Positions 9,474-19,288 of a stretch of DNA of 57,149 nt are shown here, one piece after another (the first letter of the stretch is position 1; every line of letters begins with the position of its first letter). The stretch covers positions 1-57,149 of the forward strand of contig CANQEN010000001.1 of assembly GCA_947595045.1 (NCBI GenBank), in the 5' to 3' direction. The notes beneath the pieces were generated by a model. The model saw only the letters and a program-made list of their open reading frames with translations, ran no database searches and was not told the origin of the DNA. This DNA comes from an uncultured Bacilli bacterium. Its GTDB lineage: Bacteria > Bacillota_I > Bacilli_A > RF39 > UBA660. The translations under genes and the position numbers were made by a program.

Positions 9474-10817
9474 ATGCCAGAGAAAACTATTCCCCACAAT
9501 ATAGATGCTGAAATGTCAGTTATAGGTTCTATGTTTTTAACTAAGAAAGCATTACAAAAGGGATTAGAATTATTAAATAGAGATGATTTTTATTTAGATG
9601 CTCATAGTAAAATATTTGAATGTATTCAAACTATTGATAATCAAAAAAAACCAGTAGATATAACTACGGTATCAGAAGAATTAAATAATCGTGGTTGGTT
9701 AAAACAAGTTGGGGATATGGAATATATTGCTGATTTAATTAATAATGTACCAACTACAGCTAATATGGATGAGTATATTAAAATAGTTGAAGAAAAATCA
9801 TTACTTAGAAAATTAATAGATCAGGCAACAGAAATTGTTAAGAATAGTTATAATGCTGGTAGTGATATTAGTGATTTTTTATATGAAGCTCAAAAAAAAA
9901 TAGCTAGTGTTTCTGATGGTCTTAGAACAACAGAATTTAAACCTATTCAAATGGTATTAACTAAGACGCAATCTGATTTAGAGGCATTAGCGACTAATAA
10001 AGGTGAGATTACAGGCATTCCTAGTGGATTTTATGATTTAGATAAAATAACGACTGGTTTTCATCCTCATGAATTAATTATAATAGCAGCTAGACCTGGT
10101 ATGGGAAAGACAGCAATAGCTCTTAATATAGTAACAAATATAGCTATTAATGCTAAAAAAACCGTTGCTTTATTTAATATGGAAATGGGAGCTGAACAAT
10201 TAGTTACTAGAATGTTATCATCAGTAGGTCAAATAGATGGTAATAAATTAAAAACAGGATCATTAGAACATAGTGATTGGAAAAGAGTTAATGAAGCTAT
10301 TAGTCGTCTATCAGATACTAAAATATTTATTGATGATAATGCTGGTCAGTCAGTGGCTGAAATTAGAGCTAAATGTAGAAGGTTAAAAAGTTCTTCTAGT
10401 GGATTAGATATTGTTATTATCGATTATTTAACATTAATACAAAGTGCTAATAAAGGTGGTAGTATAGGACAAAATAGGCAACAAGAAGTAGCTGATATAT
10501 CTAGAGCATTAAAAACAATGGCTATGGAATTAGATGTTCCTGTAATTGCTTTGTCACAATTATCACGTGGCATTGAACAGCGAACAGATAAAAAACCTAT
10601 GCTAAGTGATTTGCGTGAATCAGGTGCTATAGAACAGGATGCTGATATTGTAGCTTTTCTACATTGTTCAGACGAGGAAAAAGAAAAAGAAGATAGTCTT
10701 ATGGAACTAGTTATTAGAAAACATCGTAATGGACCACTTAAAGATATTCCATTGATATTTCAACGTGCTACTAGTACTTTTGTTAACGTGGCAAGTAATG
10801 AAGTAGCAGAAGTTTAG
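9474..10817 (+). CDS. dnaB: Replicative DNA helicase
   Basis: PHNIDAEMSVIGSMF N-terminus, Walker A ARPGMGKTA, LSQLSRGIEQR, RESGAIEQDADIV. Confidence 0.95.
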   Translation: MPEKTIPHNIDAEMSVIGSMFLTKKALQKGLELLNRDDFYLDAHSKIFECIQTIDNQKKPVDITTVSEELNNRGWLKQVGDMEYIADLINNVPTTANMDEYIKIVEEKSLLRKLIDQATEIVKNSYNAGSDISDFLYEAQKKIASVSDGLRTTEFKPIQMVLTKTQSDLEALATNKGEITGIPSGFYDLDKITTGFHPHELIIIAARPGMGKTAIALNIVTNIAINAKKTVALFNMEMGAEQLVTRMLSSVGQIDGNKLKTGSLEHSDWKRVNEAISRLSDTKIFIDDNAGQSVAEIRAKCRRLKSSSSGLDIVIIDYLTLIQSANKGGSIGQNRQQEVADISRALKTMAMELDVPVIALSQLSRGIEQRTDKKPMLSDLRESGAIEQDADIVAFLHCSDEEKEKEDSLMELVIRKHRNGPLKDIPLIFQRATSTFVNVASNEVAEV

Positions 10818-10825
10818 GTGATAAT

Positions 10826-12823
10826 ATGAAAAAAATATTGACTTATATAGGAATAATATTAGTAGCTAGTGCTATATTCTTTTTACAGTTTAAATATTCT
10901 AGAAGTATCCAACCATATTCTTTATATCAAGTCTATTTAGATGATAAAGTATTGGGTGTAATAGAATCACAAAAAAAATTAGAAAATTATATAGAAAATC
11001 AAGGTAAATTAATTAAAGAACAAATAAAGAAATATCAAGATCAATTAGAGACTTTAACTAATTTTGAAACTATTGTAGATCGTGTTATCTCTAATGATAG
11101 AGATTATTATGATACCTTACAAAGATTAAAATCATTAAAAAATTTTTATCAACAATTGAGTAATATAGTACAAAAAGACGGAACTTTTTTAAGTGAAGAT
11201 AGAAAACAAATAGAAGATATAATAAATGATGAAATAAGTATTAATATGGATGATATTGATATTAATAAAAATAAAATAAAAAATTATCCATTATTAGTAA
11301 ATAGATTAAATGAAGAAATAGGATTACTTAATAAACAAATATTAGATTATATAAATAGTACTAAAGAAGAGTTAGATTTAACTGATACAGAAGAATATTA
11401 TTTAGAACAATATACAAATGAAAAAGGTTATGAAGTAGCTTATAATAATCAATATGATATGCAAAAATATATTAATGAAAATGAAGTATATACTTATTCT
11501 TCTGATATATATGCTCCTTTAGGTATAAAAATTGAAAAAATAAATACTTATACAAAAAAAATAGATGATACTAAAGAAATATATAATCAAATTATAGATG
11601 CTAAACCATGTACAATAGAGGGATATCAATTTAAATTAAGAAAAGAAAATAGTCATAATTTAAATGTCAGTGCTACTATAGGTATTTTATCCCCTACTAA
11701 TTATGAAGATGTTCGTACTTATAATGCAAATGATGTAATTATTTATGTAACGGATCCTCAGATATTTAATGATGCTATTGAAAAAATGGCTGAAGTATTT
11801 GTAGGTAGTGATGAATATGAGGCATATAAAAATAATACCCAAGAAGAAATAAATGAAACAGGTACTATTATTGATAATATTTATGTAGAAGAAGATATAA
11901 CATATAAAAAAGTTAATATATCTATAAAGGAAAAAATATATAATGATGCTGATGAATTATCTAGTTATTTATTATATGGTGATGATATGCAAATAACAAC
12001 AGCTCAAGCATCATCAACAGATACAGTTACTTCATTAGCATATAATAATGGTATTACCGTAGAAGAATTTTTCTTATTTAATAAAGATTTTACTAGTATA
12101 AATAATATATTCTTTGATGGGCAGGAAGTAACTATAGCTAAATTAAATCCTCAACTTAATTTAGTAGTGGAGGAATATGATATATCAGATAAAACAACAG
12201 CGTATGATACCGTTGAAAAATATGATGAATCTCTTACAGTGGGTAGCTCAGTAGTAACACAAGAAGGGGCTGATGGTGTAGAACGTGTAAGTCAAAATGT
12301 TAAGAAAATTAATGGTACAATTGTATATGTAGACCCTGTTAGTAAAGAAACGATTAAAAGTCCTACTAGTGAAATTATAACAGTAGGTACTAAAGTAGTT
12401 CCAAATGTAGGTAGTACTAGTAGCTGGGGTTGGCCTACAGCTAGTGGTTATACTTTATCGTCATACTTTGGTTATCGTTCTCAAGTATTTGGAGAGGGAG
12501 ATTTTCATAGTGGTATTGATATAGCTGGAACAGGATATAACTCACCAGTATATGCAACTAATAATGGTGTTATAGTAACTATGACTAAAACATATAGTTA
12601 CGGTAATTATATCATGATAAATCATAATAATGGATATTATACTCTTTATGCACATATGAATGGTTTTGTAAATGGATTATCAGTAGGATCAGTCGTTTCT
12701 AGAGGACAGCAAATAGGATATGTAGGAGCATCGGGTTGGGCAACAGGACCTCACTTACATTATGAAATAAGAGTATGTGAGAAGTATGCTTGTATAACTA
12801 ACCCGTTACAATATTACCGATGA
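10826..12823 (+). CDS. Membrane-anchored M23 family peptidoglycan metallopeptidase with LysM-like and G5-like modules
   Basis: N-terminal TM helix. LysM-like DTVTSLAYNNGITVEEFFLFNKD..GQEVTIA. G5-like VVTQEGADGVERVSQNVKKINGTIV..ITVGTK. M23 motifs HSGIDIAG and GPHLHYEI. Confidence 0.85.
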   Translation: MKKILTYIGIILVASAIFFLQFKYSRSIQPYSLYQVYLDDKVLGVIESQKKLENYIENQGKLIKEQIKKYQDQLETLTNFETIVDRVISNDRDYYDTLQRLKSLKNFYQQLSNIVQKDGTFLSEDRKQIEDIINDEISINMDDIDINKNKIKNYPLLVNRLNEEIGLLNKQILDYINSTKEELDLTDTEEYYLEQYTNEKGYEVAYNNQYDMQKYINENEVYTYSSDIYAPLGIKIEKINTYTKKIDDTKEIYNQIIDAKPCTIEGYQFKLRKENSHNLNVSATIGILSPTNYEDVRTYNANDVIIYVTDPQIFNDAIEKMAEVFVGSDEYEAYKNNTQEEINETGTIIDNIYVEEDITYKKVNISIKEKIYNDADELSSYLLYGDDMQITTAQASSTDTVTSLAYNNGITVEEFFLFNKDFTSINNIFFDGQEVTIAKLNPQLNLVVEEYDISDKTTAYDTVEKYDESLTVGSSVVTQEGADGVERVSQNVKKINGTIVYVDPVSKETIKSPTSEIITVGTKVVPNVGSTSSWGWPTASGYTLSSYFGYRSQVFGEGDFHSGIDIAGTGYNSPVYATNNGVIVTMTKTYSYGNYIMINHNNGYYTLYAHMNGFVNGLSVGSVVSRGQQIGYVGASGWATGPHLHYEIRVCEKYACITNPLQYYR

Positions 12824-13587
12824 GAGTAATTGTATTATCAAGTGGTAGTAAAGGTAATAGTGTCTATATAGAAACCAATAATCATCGCATATTAGTTGAT
12901 ATAGGCACCTCTTCTTTATATGTTGAACGTTCTCTTAAAAATTATAATATTGATCCTAAAACAATAGATAGTATATTTATAACCCATGCTCATACAGATC
13001 ATATTGCAGGAATAAATGTATTTAGTAAAAAATATCATCCTGACATATATTTAACTGAAAAAATAGAAAAAGAAGCTAAATTAAATATTGTAAATCAAGT
13101 ATATATTAATAAACCCATTATCTTAGATACTTTAACTATTACCCCAATAAAAACATCACATGATGCAGCAGATTCCCATGGTTATTTATTTGAAGAGAAT
13201 GGAACATCAGTTGTATATATAACTGATACAGGATATATTAATTCTAAATATCATCTCCTACTCCAAAATCATTCTATGTATATATTTGAAAGTAATCATG
13301 ATGTAGAAAAATTAATGAATAATACCAAATATCCTCATTATTTAAAAATGCGAATTATTAGTGATAAAGGACACTTATCTAATAAAGATTCTGCTTATTA
13401 TTTATCTAACTTTATTGGTGATAAAACAAAGTATATTGTTTTAGCCCATTTAAGTGAAGAAAATAATGATCCAGAATTAGCCTTAGAATCTTTAACTAGT
13501 ACTTTAAAGAGTAAAAATATTAATTTTGTTAGTGATAATATATACATAGCCAAACAAAATGAAACATTAGGGGTATTTGAATTATGA
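12820..13587 (+). CDS. MBL-fold metallo-hydrolase (YycJ/WalJ-like)
   Basis: ITHAHTDHIAG (HxHxDH) and SNHD. 4-nt overlaps with both neighbours. Position before rlmH as in Bacilli. Confidence 0.85.
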   Translation: MRVIVLSSGSKGNSVYIETNNHRILVDIGTSSLYVERSLKNYNIDPKTIDSIFITHAHTDHIAGINVFSKKYHPDIYLTEKIEKEAKLNIVNQVYINKPIILDTLTITPIKTSHDAADSHGYLFEENGTSVVYITDTGYINSKYHLLLQNHSMYIFESNHDVEKLMNNTKYPHYLKMRIISDKGHLSNKDSAYYLSNFIGDKTKYIVLAHLSEENNDPELALESLTSTLKSKNINFVSDNIYIAKQNETLGVFEL

Positions 13588-14039
13588 TTAAAATTATTTG
13601 TGTGGGAAAAATAAAAGAGAAATATTGGCAATTAGCCATAGATGAGTATTTAAAAAGGTTATCTAAATATACTAAGATATCTATAATTGAATGTTCAGAT
13701 TATGACTATAATGATATAAATAAAACCTTAGAAAAAGAAAAAGATATTATTGTAAAGCATATTAGTGATAAAGATTATATTATTACTATGGAAATTGATG
13801 GAATTATGATGGACTCAGTTACTTTTTTTAATTATTTAGAAAAGCAACAAATCAATTATACTAATATAACTTTTATTATTGGTGGTTCATATGGTTTACA
13901 TCAATATATAAAACAAATAAGTAATAAATCTATATCTTTTTCTAAAATGACTTTTCCTCACCAATTATTTAGAATTATATTATTAGAACAAATATATCGT
14001 AGTTATAGAATAAAAAACAATGAAACTTATCATAAATAA
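13584..14039 (+). CDS. rlmH: 23S rRNA (pseudouridine1915-N3)-methyltransferase
   Basis: MIKIICVGKIKEKYWQLAIDEYLKRL N-terminus; IIGGSYGL and FPHQLFRIILLEQIYRSYRI (SPOUT knot). Confidence 0.9.
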   Translation: MIKIICVGKIKEKYWQLAIDEYLKRLSKYTKISIIECSDYDYNDINKTLEKEKDIIVKHISDKDYIITMEIDGIMMDSVTFFNYLEKQQINYTNITFIIGGSYGLHQYIKQISNKSISFSKMTFPHQLFRIILLEQIYRSYRIKNNETYHK

Positions 14040-14196
14040 AAAAATTACTCTTTTATATTAACAATATGAAATGAATGAAGTAAGTCTATGAACAGAAAAA
14101 ATAAGTTAATTAGGTAACTAAATAATAATAAAATGAGAAAAAAGTGTAGTTAATGATGAAGTTGTCAATAAAAAGTAGACACGAAAAAAGTAATTA

Positions 14197-14310
14197 TTAA
14201 AAACCTAGTTGAGTTTGATATTCAACTGGTTTTTTATATTGAAGTGCTTATTATGGTCTAAAATTATTATTATCCCATACAATATCATCAGTAAACTATT
14301 GAACTGTGTT
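14197..14310 (-). mobile_element. Short remnant of an rve-type (IS3-like) transposase C-terminus, riddled with stops
   Basis: The minus-strand frame reads ..NTVQ*FTDDIVWDNNNFRP**ALQYKKPVEYQTQLGF*. This fits the conserved transposase C-terminal pattern YN..RPHSALgYktPvEy. Confidence 0.45.
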
Positions 14311-14421
14311 CTAATTATTTATGTCAAAATCAATATACATTTTTTTATCTAGCCATTTTTTGATAAAAATATTTGTATAAAAAAAGATAAAAATAATCAT
14401 TATTAAGTAGGAGGCAATAAC

Positions 14422-14940
14422 ATGATTAAAAAAATAATGGTTATTTTACTTATATTAGCAATATATATTATGATTGGACAAAAGACAGAGCAGTATGATT
14501 TAATACCAAAAGATGCTATTAGAGTAAGAGTAATTGCTAATAGTAATAGTAATGAAGATCAAGAAGAAAAATATACTATTACCGAAAAGTTAGAAACATA
14601 TTTGTATGATGCATTAAAAGACGTAGATAATGTTAAATTAGCTAAACAAACAATCAGTGATGAATTACCTAATATTGAAAAAATTGTTAGTAGTAATTTA
14701 ACCCAAAATGATAAATTTAATGTTAATTTTGGAATGAATTATTTTCCTAAAAAAGAATATAAAAGTATAAATTATGATGAAGGATATTATGAATCATTAG
14801 TAATAACATTAGGCGAAGGATTAGGAGATAATTGGTGGTGTGTTTTATTTCCTCCACTTTGTCTATTAGAAGGTACAGAAAGTACTGATGTAGAATATAG
14901 ATCATTGGTAAAAGAAATAGTAGATAAATTTTTTGAATAA
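14422..14940 (+). CDS. spoIIR: Stage II sporulation protein R
   Basis: N-terminal signal anchor, IRVRVIANSNSNEDQEEK and GEGLGDNWWCVLFPPLC (SpoIIR signature). RBS AGGAGG. Confidence 0.85.
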   Translation: MIKKIMVILLILAIYIMIGQKTEQYDLIPKDAIRVRVIANSNSNEDQEEKYTITEKLETYLYDALKDVDNVKLAKQTISDELPNIEKIVSSNLTQNDKFNVNFGMNYFPKKEYKSINYDEGYYESLVITLGEGLGDNWWCVLFPPLCLLEGTESTDVEYRSLVKEIVDKFFE

Positions 14941-14977
14941 AATAGACATAGATTAGTAAAATGATATAGGAGGATAT

Positions 14978-15502
14978 ATGAATTTACTAATCATAATAGT
15001 TGTAGCAGTATCATTAAGTATGGACGCTTTTTCATTAGCGCTCCTATATGGAACATTAAATTTTAAAAAGAAAACAATAATATCATTATCGATAATAGTT
15101 GGTCTATTTCACTTCTTTATGCCATTAATTGGAGTTTTAATTAGATTATTTATTGAAAATTTTGTATCCAGTTACTTAGATTTAATTACATTAATTATTT
15201 TTTGTTATATTGGATTAGATATGATTTTTACTAATGATAGTGAAGTAAAAAGTATAAGTGAATTATCATATAAAGAACAATTATTATTTGGATTAGCTGT
15301 TAGTATAGATAGTTTATCTATTGGTATTAGTTTAGTTAATAATTATCTATTGTCAGCTTTTATCTTTTCTATATTTAGTTGTCTTTTCACATATATGGGA
15401 TTATTATTAGGTAAAAAGATTAATCATATATTTGGTAAAATATCTACTATAATAGGAGGAATAATTTTAATTATATTGGGAATTATTTTCTTTATATATT
15501 GA
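14978..15502 (+). CDS. mntP: Manganese efflux pump MntP family
   Basis: 174 aa, 6 TM helices, duplicated motifs SLSMDAFSLA and SIDSLSIGIS. RBS AGGAGG. Confidence 0.85.
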   Translation: MNLLIIIVVAVSLSMDAFSLALLYGTLNFKKKTIISLSIIVGLFHFFMPLIGVLIRLFIENFVSSYLDLITLIIFCYIGLDMIFTNDSEVKSISELSYKEQLLFGLAVSIDSLSIGISLVNNYLLSAFIFSIFSCLFTYMGLLLGKKINHIFGKISTIIGGIILIILGIIFFIY

Positions 15503-15625
15503 TTTTAGATTGTAAAAGATGTTAATATATAAATATATGTAAAATATTATAAAGTGATTAAGGAAATAAAAACATAATAATTGCTTTATTTATTTTTTTA
15601 TATTAAGATTATGATGGTGATAACT

Positions 15626-16477
15626 ATGTTAGTTAACATGGATAAAATGTTAAAGAAAGCTCAAAGGGAACATTATGCAGTAGCACAATTTAATATTAAT
15701 AATTTGGAATGGACTAGATTTATATTAGAAGAATGTAATAGCAATAGTTCTCCTGTTATATTAGGGGTTAGTGAGGGAGCTATTAAATATATGGGTGGTT
15801 ATAAAATAGTGGTTGATATGGTTAATGATTTAATTGCCTATTTAAATATAACTATTCCTGTTAGTATACATTTAGATCATGCTAGTAGTTTTGAATCATG
15901 TAAAAAAGCAATTGATGCTGGTTTTACTTCTGTTATGATAGATGCTTCTAGCGAAACATTAGATAATAATATAAATATTACTAAACAAGTAGTTGATTAT
16001 GCTAAAGATCATAATGTTACAGTTGAGGGAGAAATAGGACATATAGGTAGTAATGAAGATAGTAATAACAATGGTATTTTGTATGCTAATGTTGAAGATT
16101 GCATTAAATATGTGCAAGCTACTAATATTGATTTTTTAGCGCCAGCTTTAGGTAGTGTTCATGGTCCATATCATGGTAAGCCTATTTTAAACTTTGATAG
16201 AATGATTGAAATAGCTCATCAAACTAAACTACCTTTAGTATTACATGGTGGTAGTGGCATATATGATGAACAAATAAGACAAGCCATTGATTGTGGTATA
16301 GTAAAGTTAAACATTAATACTGAGCTACAAATGGCTTGGACTAAGGCTGTTAGAATTAAATTACAAGATGATAAAGAAGTATATGATCCAAGAAAAATTA
16401 TTAAAGCTGGAGAAGAAGCATTGAAAAAAGTAGTAAGAGATAAAATTCAATTATTAGGCTCTTTCCACAAACAATAA
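15626..16477 (+). CDS. fba: Class II fructose-1,6-bisphosphate aldolase
   Basis: MLVNMDKMLKKAQREHYAVAQFNINNLEW, IHLDHA, VEGEIGHIG, LVLHGGSG. I prefer ATG 15626 (GGTGA 5 nt upstream) over the ORF-track start at 15581. Confidence 0.9.
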   Translation: MLVNMDKMLKKAQREHYAVAQFNINNLEWTRFILEECNSNSSPVILGVSEGAIKYMGGYKIVVDMVNDLIAYLNITIPVSIHLDHASSFESCKKAIDAGFTSVMIDASSETLDNNINITKQVVDYAKDHNVTVEGEIGHIGSNEDSNNNGILYANVEDCIKYVQATNIDFLAPALGSVHGPYHGKPILNFDRMIEIAHQTKLPLVLHGGSGIYDEQIRQAIDCGIVKLNINTELQMAWTKAVRIKLQDDKEVYDPRKIIKAGEEALKKVVRDKIQLLGSFHKQ

Positions 16478-16525
16478 ACACCAACAGATAAGAAAAACAT
16501 ATAGTATTATTGGAGGGAAGTAAGG

Positions 16526-17779
16526 ATGAATAAAATAAAAATAAATGGTGGAAATAAATTAGCAGGAACAATAAAAATAAGTGGTGCGAAAAATAGTGCA
16601 GTTGCTTTAGTACCAGCAGCCCTATTATCTGATGAAACAGTAACAATTGATAATATACCTAATATCTCAGATATAGATGCTTTAAATGAAATATTAACTT
16701 ATTTAGGTGCAAAAGTAACAAGGCAACAAGAAACTATCAAAATTGAAGCCAGAAAAGTTCAAAATAAAGTAATACCTGAATATTTGTCAAAAAAATTAAG
16801 AGCATCATATTATTTTATGGGGGCTTTATTAGGAAAATATAAACAAGTAGAAATATATTTTCCTGGAGGTTGTTCTATAGGGGCTCGTCCTATTAATTTA
16901 CATTTAAAGGGTTTTGAAGCTTTAGGAGCTAAAATAGAAGAAAATGGTAATTTATATAAAATTAAGGCTGATGAACTTATAGGTAATCATATTTATTTAG
17001 ATATTGCAAGTGTTGGGGCTACTATTAATATTATGTTAGCAGCTGTTAAAGCTAAAGGTATTACGGTTATAGAAAATGCTGCTAAAGAGCCAGAAATAAC
17101 TAATGTAGCAACATTCTTAAATAATATGGGTGCTAAAATAACTGGAGCTGGTACTAGTGAAATTAGAATAACTGGTGTAGACTATCTAGGTAGTGGTTTT
17201 GCTGAAGTTATACCTGATAGAATAGAAGCTGGTACTTATATCATAGCTGGTGCTTTAATAGGTGATAATTTAAAAATAGATAATATTATACCAGAACATG
17301 TAGAATCCTTACTATTTAAACTAAAAGAAATGAATGTTAAAATGGATATAAATAGTGATAATGTTATTATTTATAAATCAGATCATTTAAAGGGAGTAAA
17401 TATTAAAACGCAAGTATATCCTGGATTTCCAACTGACTTACAACAACCAATAACTACTTTGTTAACACAAGCTAATGGTAAGTCAATTATAGAAGAGACT
17501 ATCTATGAAAATAGATTTCAAAATATACCATATCTTATTCAGATGGGTGCTAATATTAATATAAAAGATAATAATGCTTTTATTGATGGACCAATGATAT
17601 TAAAAGGTAGTAATGTATCAGCAACTGATTTAAGAGCTGGAGCTTGTCTTATATTAGCTGGATTAGTAGCTAATGGAACGACCGAGATAGAAAATGTAGA
17701 GCATATACTTAGAGGGTATGAAAATATCATAGAAAAATTAACTAATGTTGGTGCTAATATTGAGTTAATAGAAATATAA
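16526..17779 (+). CDS. murA: UDP-N-acetylglucosamine 1-carboxyvinyltransferase
   Basis: KINGGNKLAGTIKISGAKNSAVAL, GGCSIGARPINLHL, YPGFPTDLQQP, ATDLRAGACLILAGL. Confidence 0.95.
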   Translation: MNKIKINGGNKLAGTIKISGAKNSAVALVPAALLSDETVTIDNIPNISDIDALNEILTYLGAKVTRQQETIKIEARKVQNKVIPEYLSKKLRASYYFMGALLGKYKQVEIYFPGGCSIGARPINLHLKGFEALGAKIEENGNLYKIKADELIGNHIYLDIASVGATINIMLAAVKAKGITVIENAAKEPEITNVATFLNNMGAKITGAGTSEIRITGVDYLGSGFAEVIPDRIEAGTYIIAGALIGDNLKIDNIIPEHVESLLFKLKEMNVKMDINSDNVIIYKSDHLKGVNIKTQVYPGFPTDLQQPITTLLTQANGKSIIEETIYENRFQNIPYLIQMGANINIKDNNAFIDGPMILKGSNVSATDLRAGACLILAGLVANGTTEIENVEHILRGYENIIEKLTNVGANIELIEI

Positions 17780-17780
17780 T

Positions 17781-17804
17781 AAAGTAGCTTAGGCTACTTT
17801 TTTT
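17781..17804 (+). terminator. Rho-independent terminator after murA
   Basis: AAAGTAGC (17781-17788), loop TTAG, GCTACTTT (17793-17800), running into a T-tract. Confidence 0.7.
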
Positions 17805-17815
17805 ATGGAGGCATA

Positions 17816-18256
17816 ATGAAGAAAATAATTACACTTATTTTAATTGTAATAGCAATAATTATTATATATTATCAGAATATGACTAAAAGTAATATTAAAT
17901 TATTATTTAGTGATAATAATAAATATGAATATACATATGTATATAATGACACTAGAATACCAGATATTATTAGAGATATAGAGAATAACATAACTATTAA
18001 AGATAAAACAATTCAGAATTTACTAGTAACATCTAATATTATTGAAATAGATATTAATAATTTAGTACATACTAATAATATATCATCTATTTTATCTAAT
18101 CTTAATTATTTAGAAATATTAGTAAAAACAATACGTAAATATAGTAAAGAACATATTAAATTATATCTATTAAAAGAGAAAACGGATTTAGATAAATACG
18201 CTAATGAAAAAATAATACAAATTTTAAATAAGTATGATATAATAATGGTGAGGTGA
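17816..18256 (+). CDS. Hypothetical membrane-anchored protein
   Basis: 146 aa with an N-terminal TM helix (IITLILIVIAIIIIYY). RBS GGAGG. No recognisable motif. Confidence 0.55.
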   Translation: MKKIITLILIVIAIIIIYYQNMTKSNIKLLFSDNNKYEYTYVYNDTRIPDIIRDIENNITIKDKTIQNLLVTSNIIEIDINNLVHTNNISSILSNLNYLEILVKTIRKYSKEHIKLYLLKEKTDLDKYANEKIIQILNKYDIIMVR

Positions 18257-18260
18257 GATT

Positions 18261-18899
18261 ATGAATCAAATATTTACTAAAGTATTTTTATGGATGTTTA
18301 TTGGTCTAGCTATCACGTTTGGTGTAGGATATTATGTATCAACTAATGATGTAATGCTTGGTAATGTATTTAGTAATTATTTTTGGATAATTGTTATAGC
18401 TGAAATAGCAGTAGCTCTTTTCTTAGGGGTTAGAATTAGAAAGATGTCCCCTACTACAGCCACTATAAGTTATTGCTTATATTCTCTTTTATCAGGATTA
18501 ACTTTTTCATCAGTATTTGTAACCTATAAATTAGAATCTATTATATGGGTATTTGCAATAACAGCTATAGTAATGCTAGTAATGAGTATAATAGGATATG
18601 TAACTAAAATGGATTTGACCAAATTAGGATCATTTCTATTAATGGCTTTAATTGCTACTATATTAGTATCAATTGCTAATATTTTTATAGGTAGTGAGAC
18701 ATTTGACTTAGGAATAAATATTGTTGTTATATTAGTCTTTGTAGGATATACTGCGTATGATGTTCAAGTTATAAAAAGAAATTTATATGGCATTGAGAAT
18801 GAACAAAATTTAGCTATTTATGGAGCTTTGGAATTATATTTAGATTTTATCAATATTTTTATAAGACTTCTTGAAATATTTGGAGATACTCGTGATTAA
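18261..18899 (+). CDS. BAX inhibitor-1/YccA family membrane protein
   Basis: 212 aa with 7 predicted TM helices. C-terminal YGALELYLDFINIFIRLLEIFG matches the family signature. Confidence 0.85.
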   Translation: MNQIFTKVFLWMFIGLAITFGVGYYVSTNDVMLGNVFSNYFWIIVIAEIAVALFLGVRIRKMSPTTATISYCLYSLLSGLTFSSVFVTYKLESIIWVFAITAIVMLVMSIIGYVTKMDLTKLGSFLLMALIATILVSIANIFIGSETFDLGINIVVILVFVGYTAYDVQVIKRNLYGIENEQNLAIYGALELYLDFINIFIRLLEIFGDTRD

Positions 18900-18922
18900 T
18901 GCATTATCAAATGCATTTTTTT
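18899..18922 (+). terminator. Candidate rho-independent terminator
   Basis: ATGCAT (18899-18904), loop TATCAA, ATGCAT (18911-18916), followed by a T7 run. Confidence 0.5.
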
Positions 18923-18923
18923 C

Positions 18924-18952
18924 TTGCAATTATTACAAATATTTGCTACAAT
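18924..18952 (+). promoter_or_regulatory. SigA-type promoter for rpmE
   Basis: -35 TTGCAA (18924-18929), 17-nt spacer, extended -10 TGcTACAAT (18944-18952). Confidence 0.6.
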
Positions 18953-19007
18953 ATGAACGTATTAAATTACTATGACTCATATAGGTCATGGCGGAAGGAG
19001 ATATGTT

Positions 19008-19220
19008 ATGAAAAAAGGAATTCATCCAGAATATGTTGAAACTAAAGTAACATGTGCTTGTGGTAATACATTTACTGTAATGTCTAATAAAGACGAATTA
19101 CATTTAGAAGTATGTAATAAATGCCATCCATTTTTCCAAGATGGAAAAGTAAATGCATTAACTTCAAGAGCTGGTCGAGTTGAAAAATTTAATCGTAAAT
19201 ATGGTTTTGATCAAAAATAA
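19008..19220 (+). CDS. rpmE: 50S ribosomal protein L31 (zinc-ribbon type)
   Basis: MKKGIHPEY.., [26 protein letters not shown] lies before ATG 19008. The ORF-track start at 18972 is an upstream extension. Confidence 0.93.
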   Translation: MKKGIHPEYVETKVTCACGNTFTVMSNKDELHLEVCNKCHPFFQDGKVNALTSRAGRVEKFNRKYGFDQK

Positions 19221-19288
19221 GATGGTAAACATCTTTTTTTGATATGTATATAAAAATAATTAGTATTCATAATAATATTGGTGATATT

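Noticed and set aside
14340-14421. Sigma-F-type forespore promoter upstream of spoIIR (GTATA-N15-TAATCATTA).
   Set aside because: The -10 lacks the conserved GG. The match is too weak to call without comparative or experimental data.
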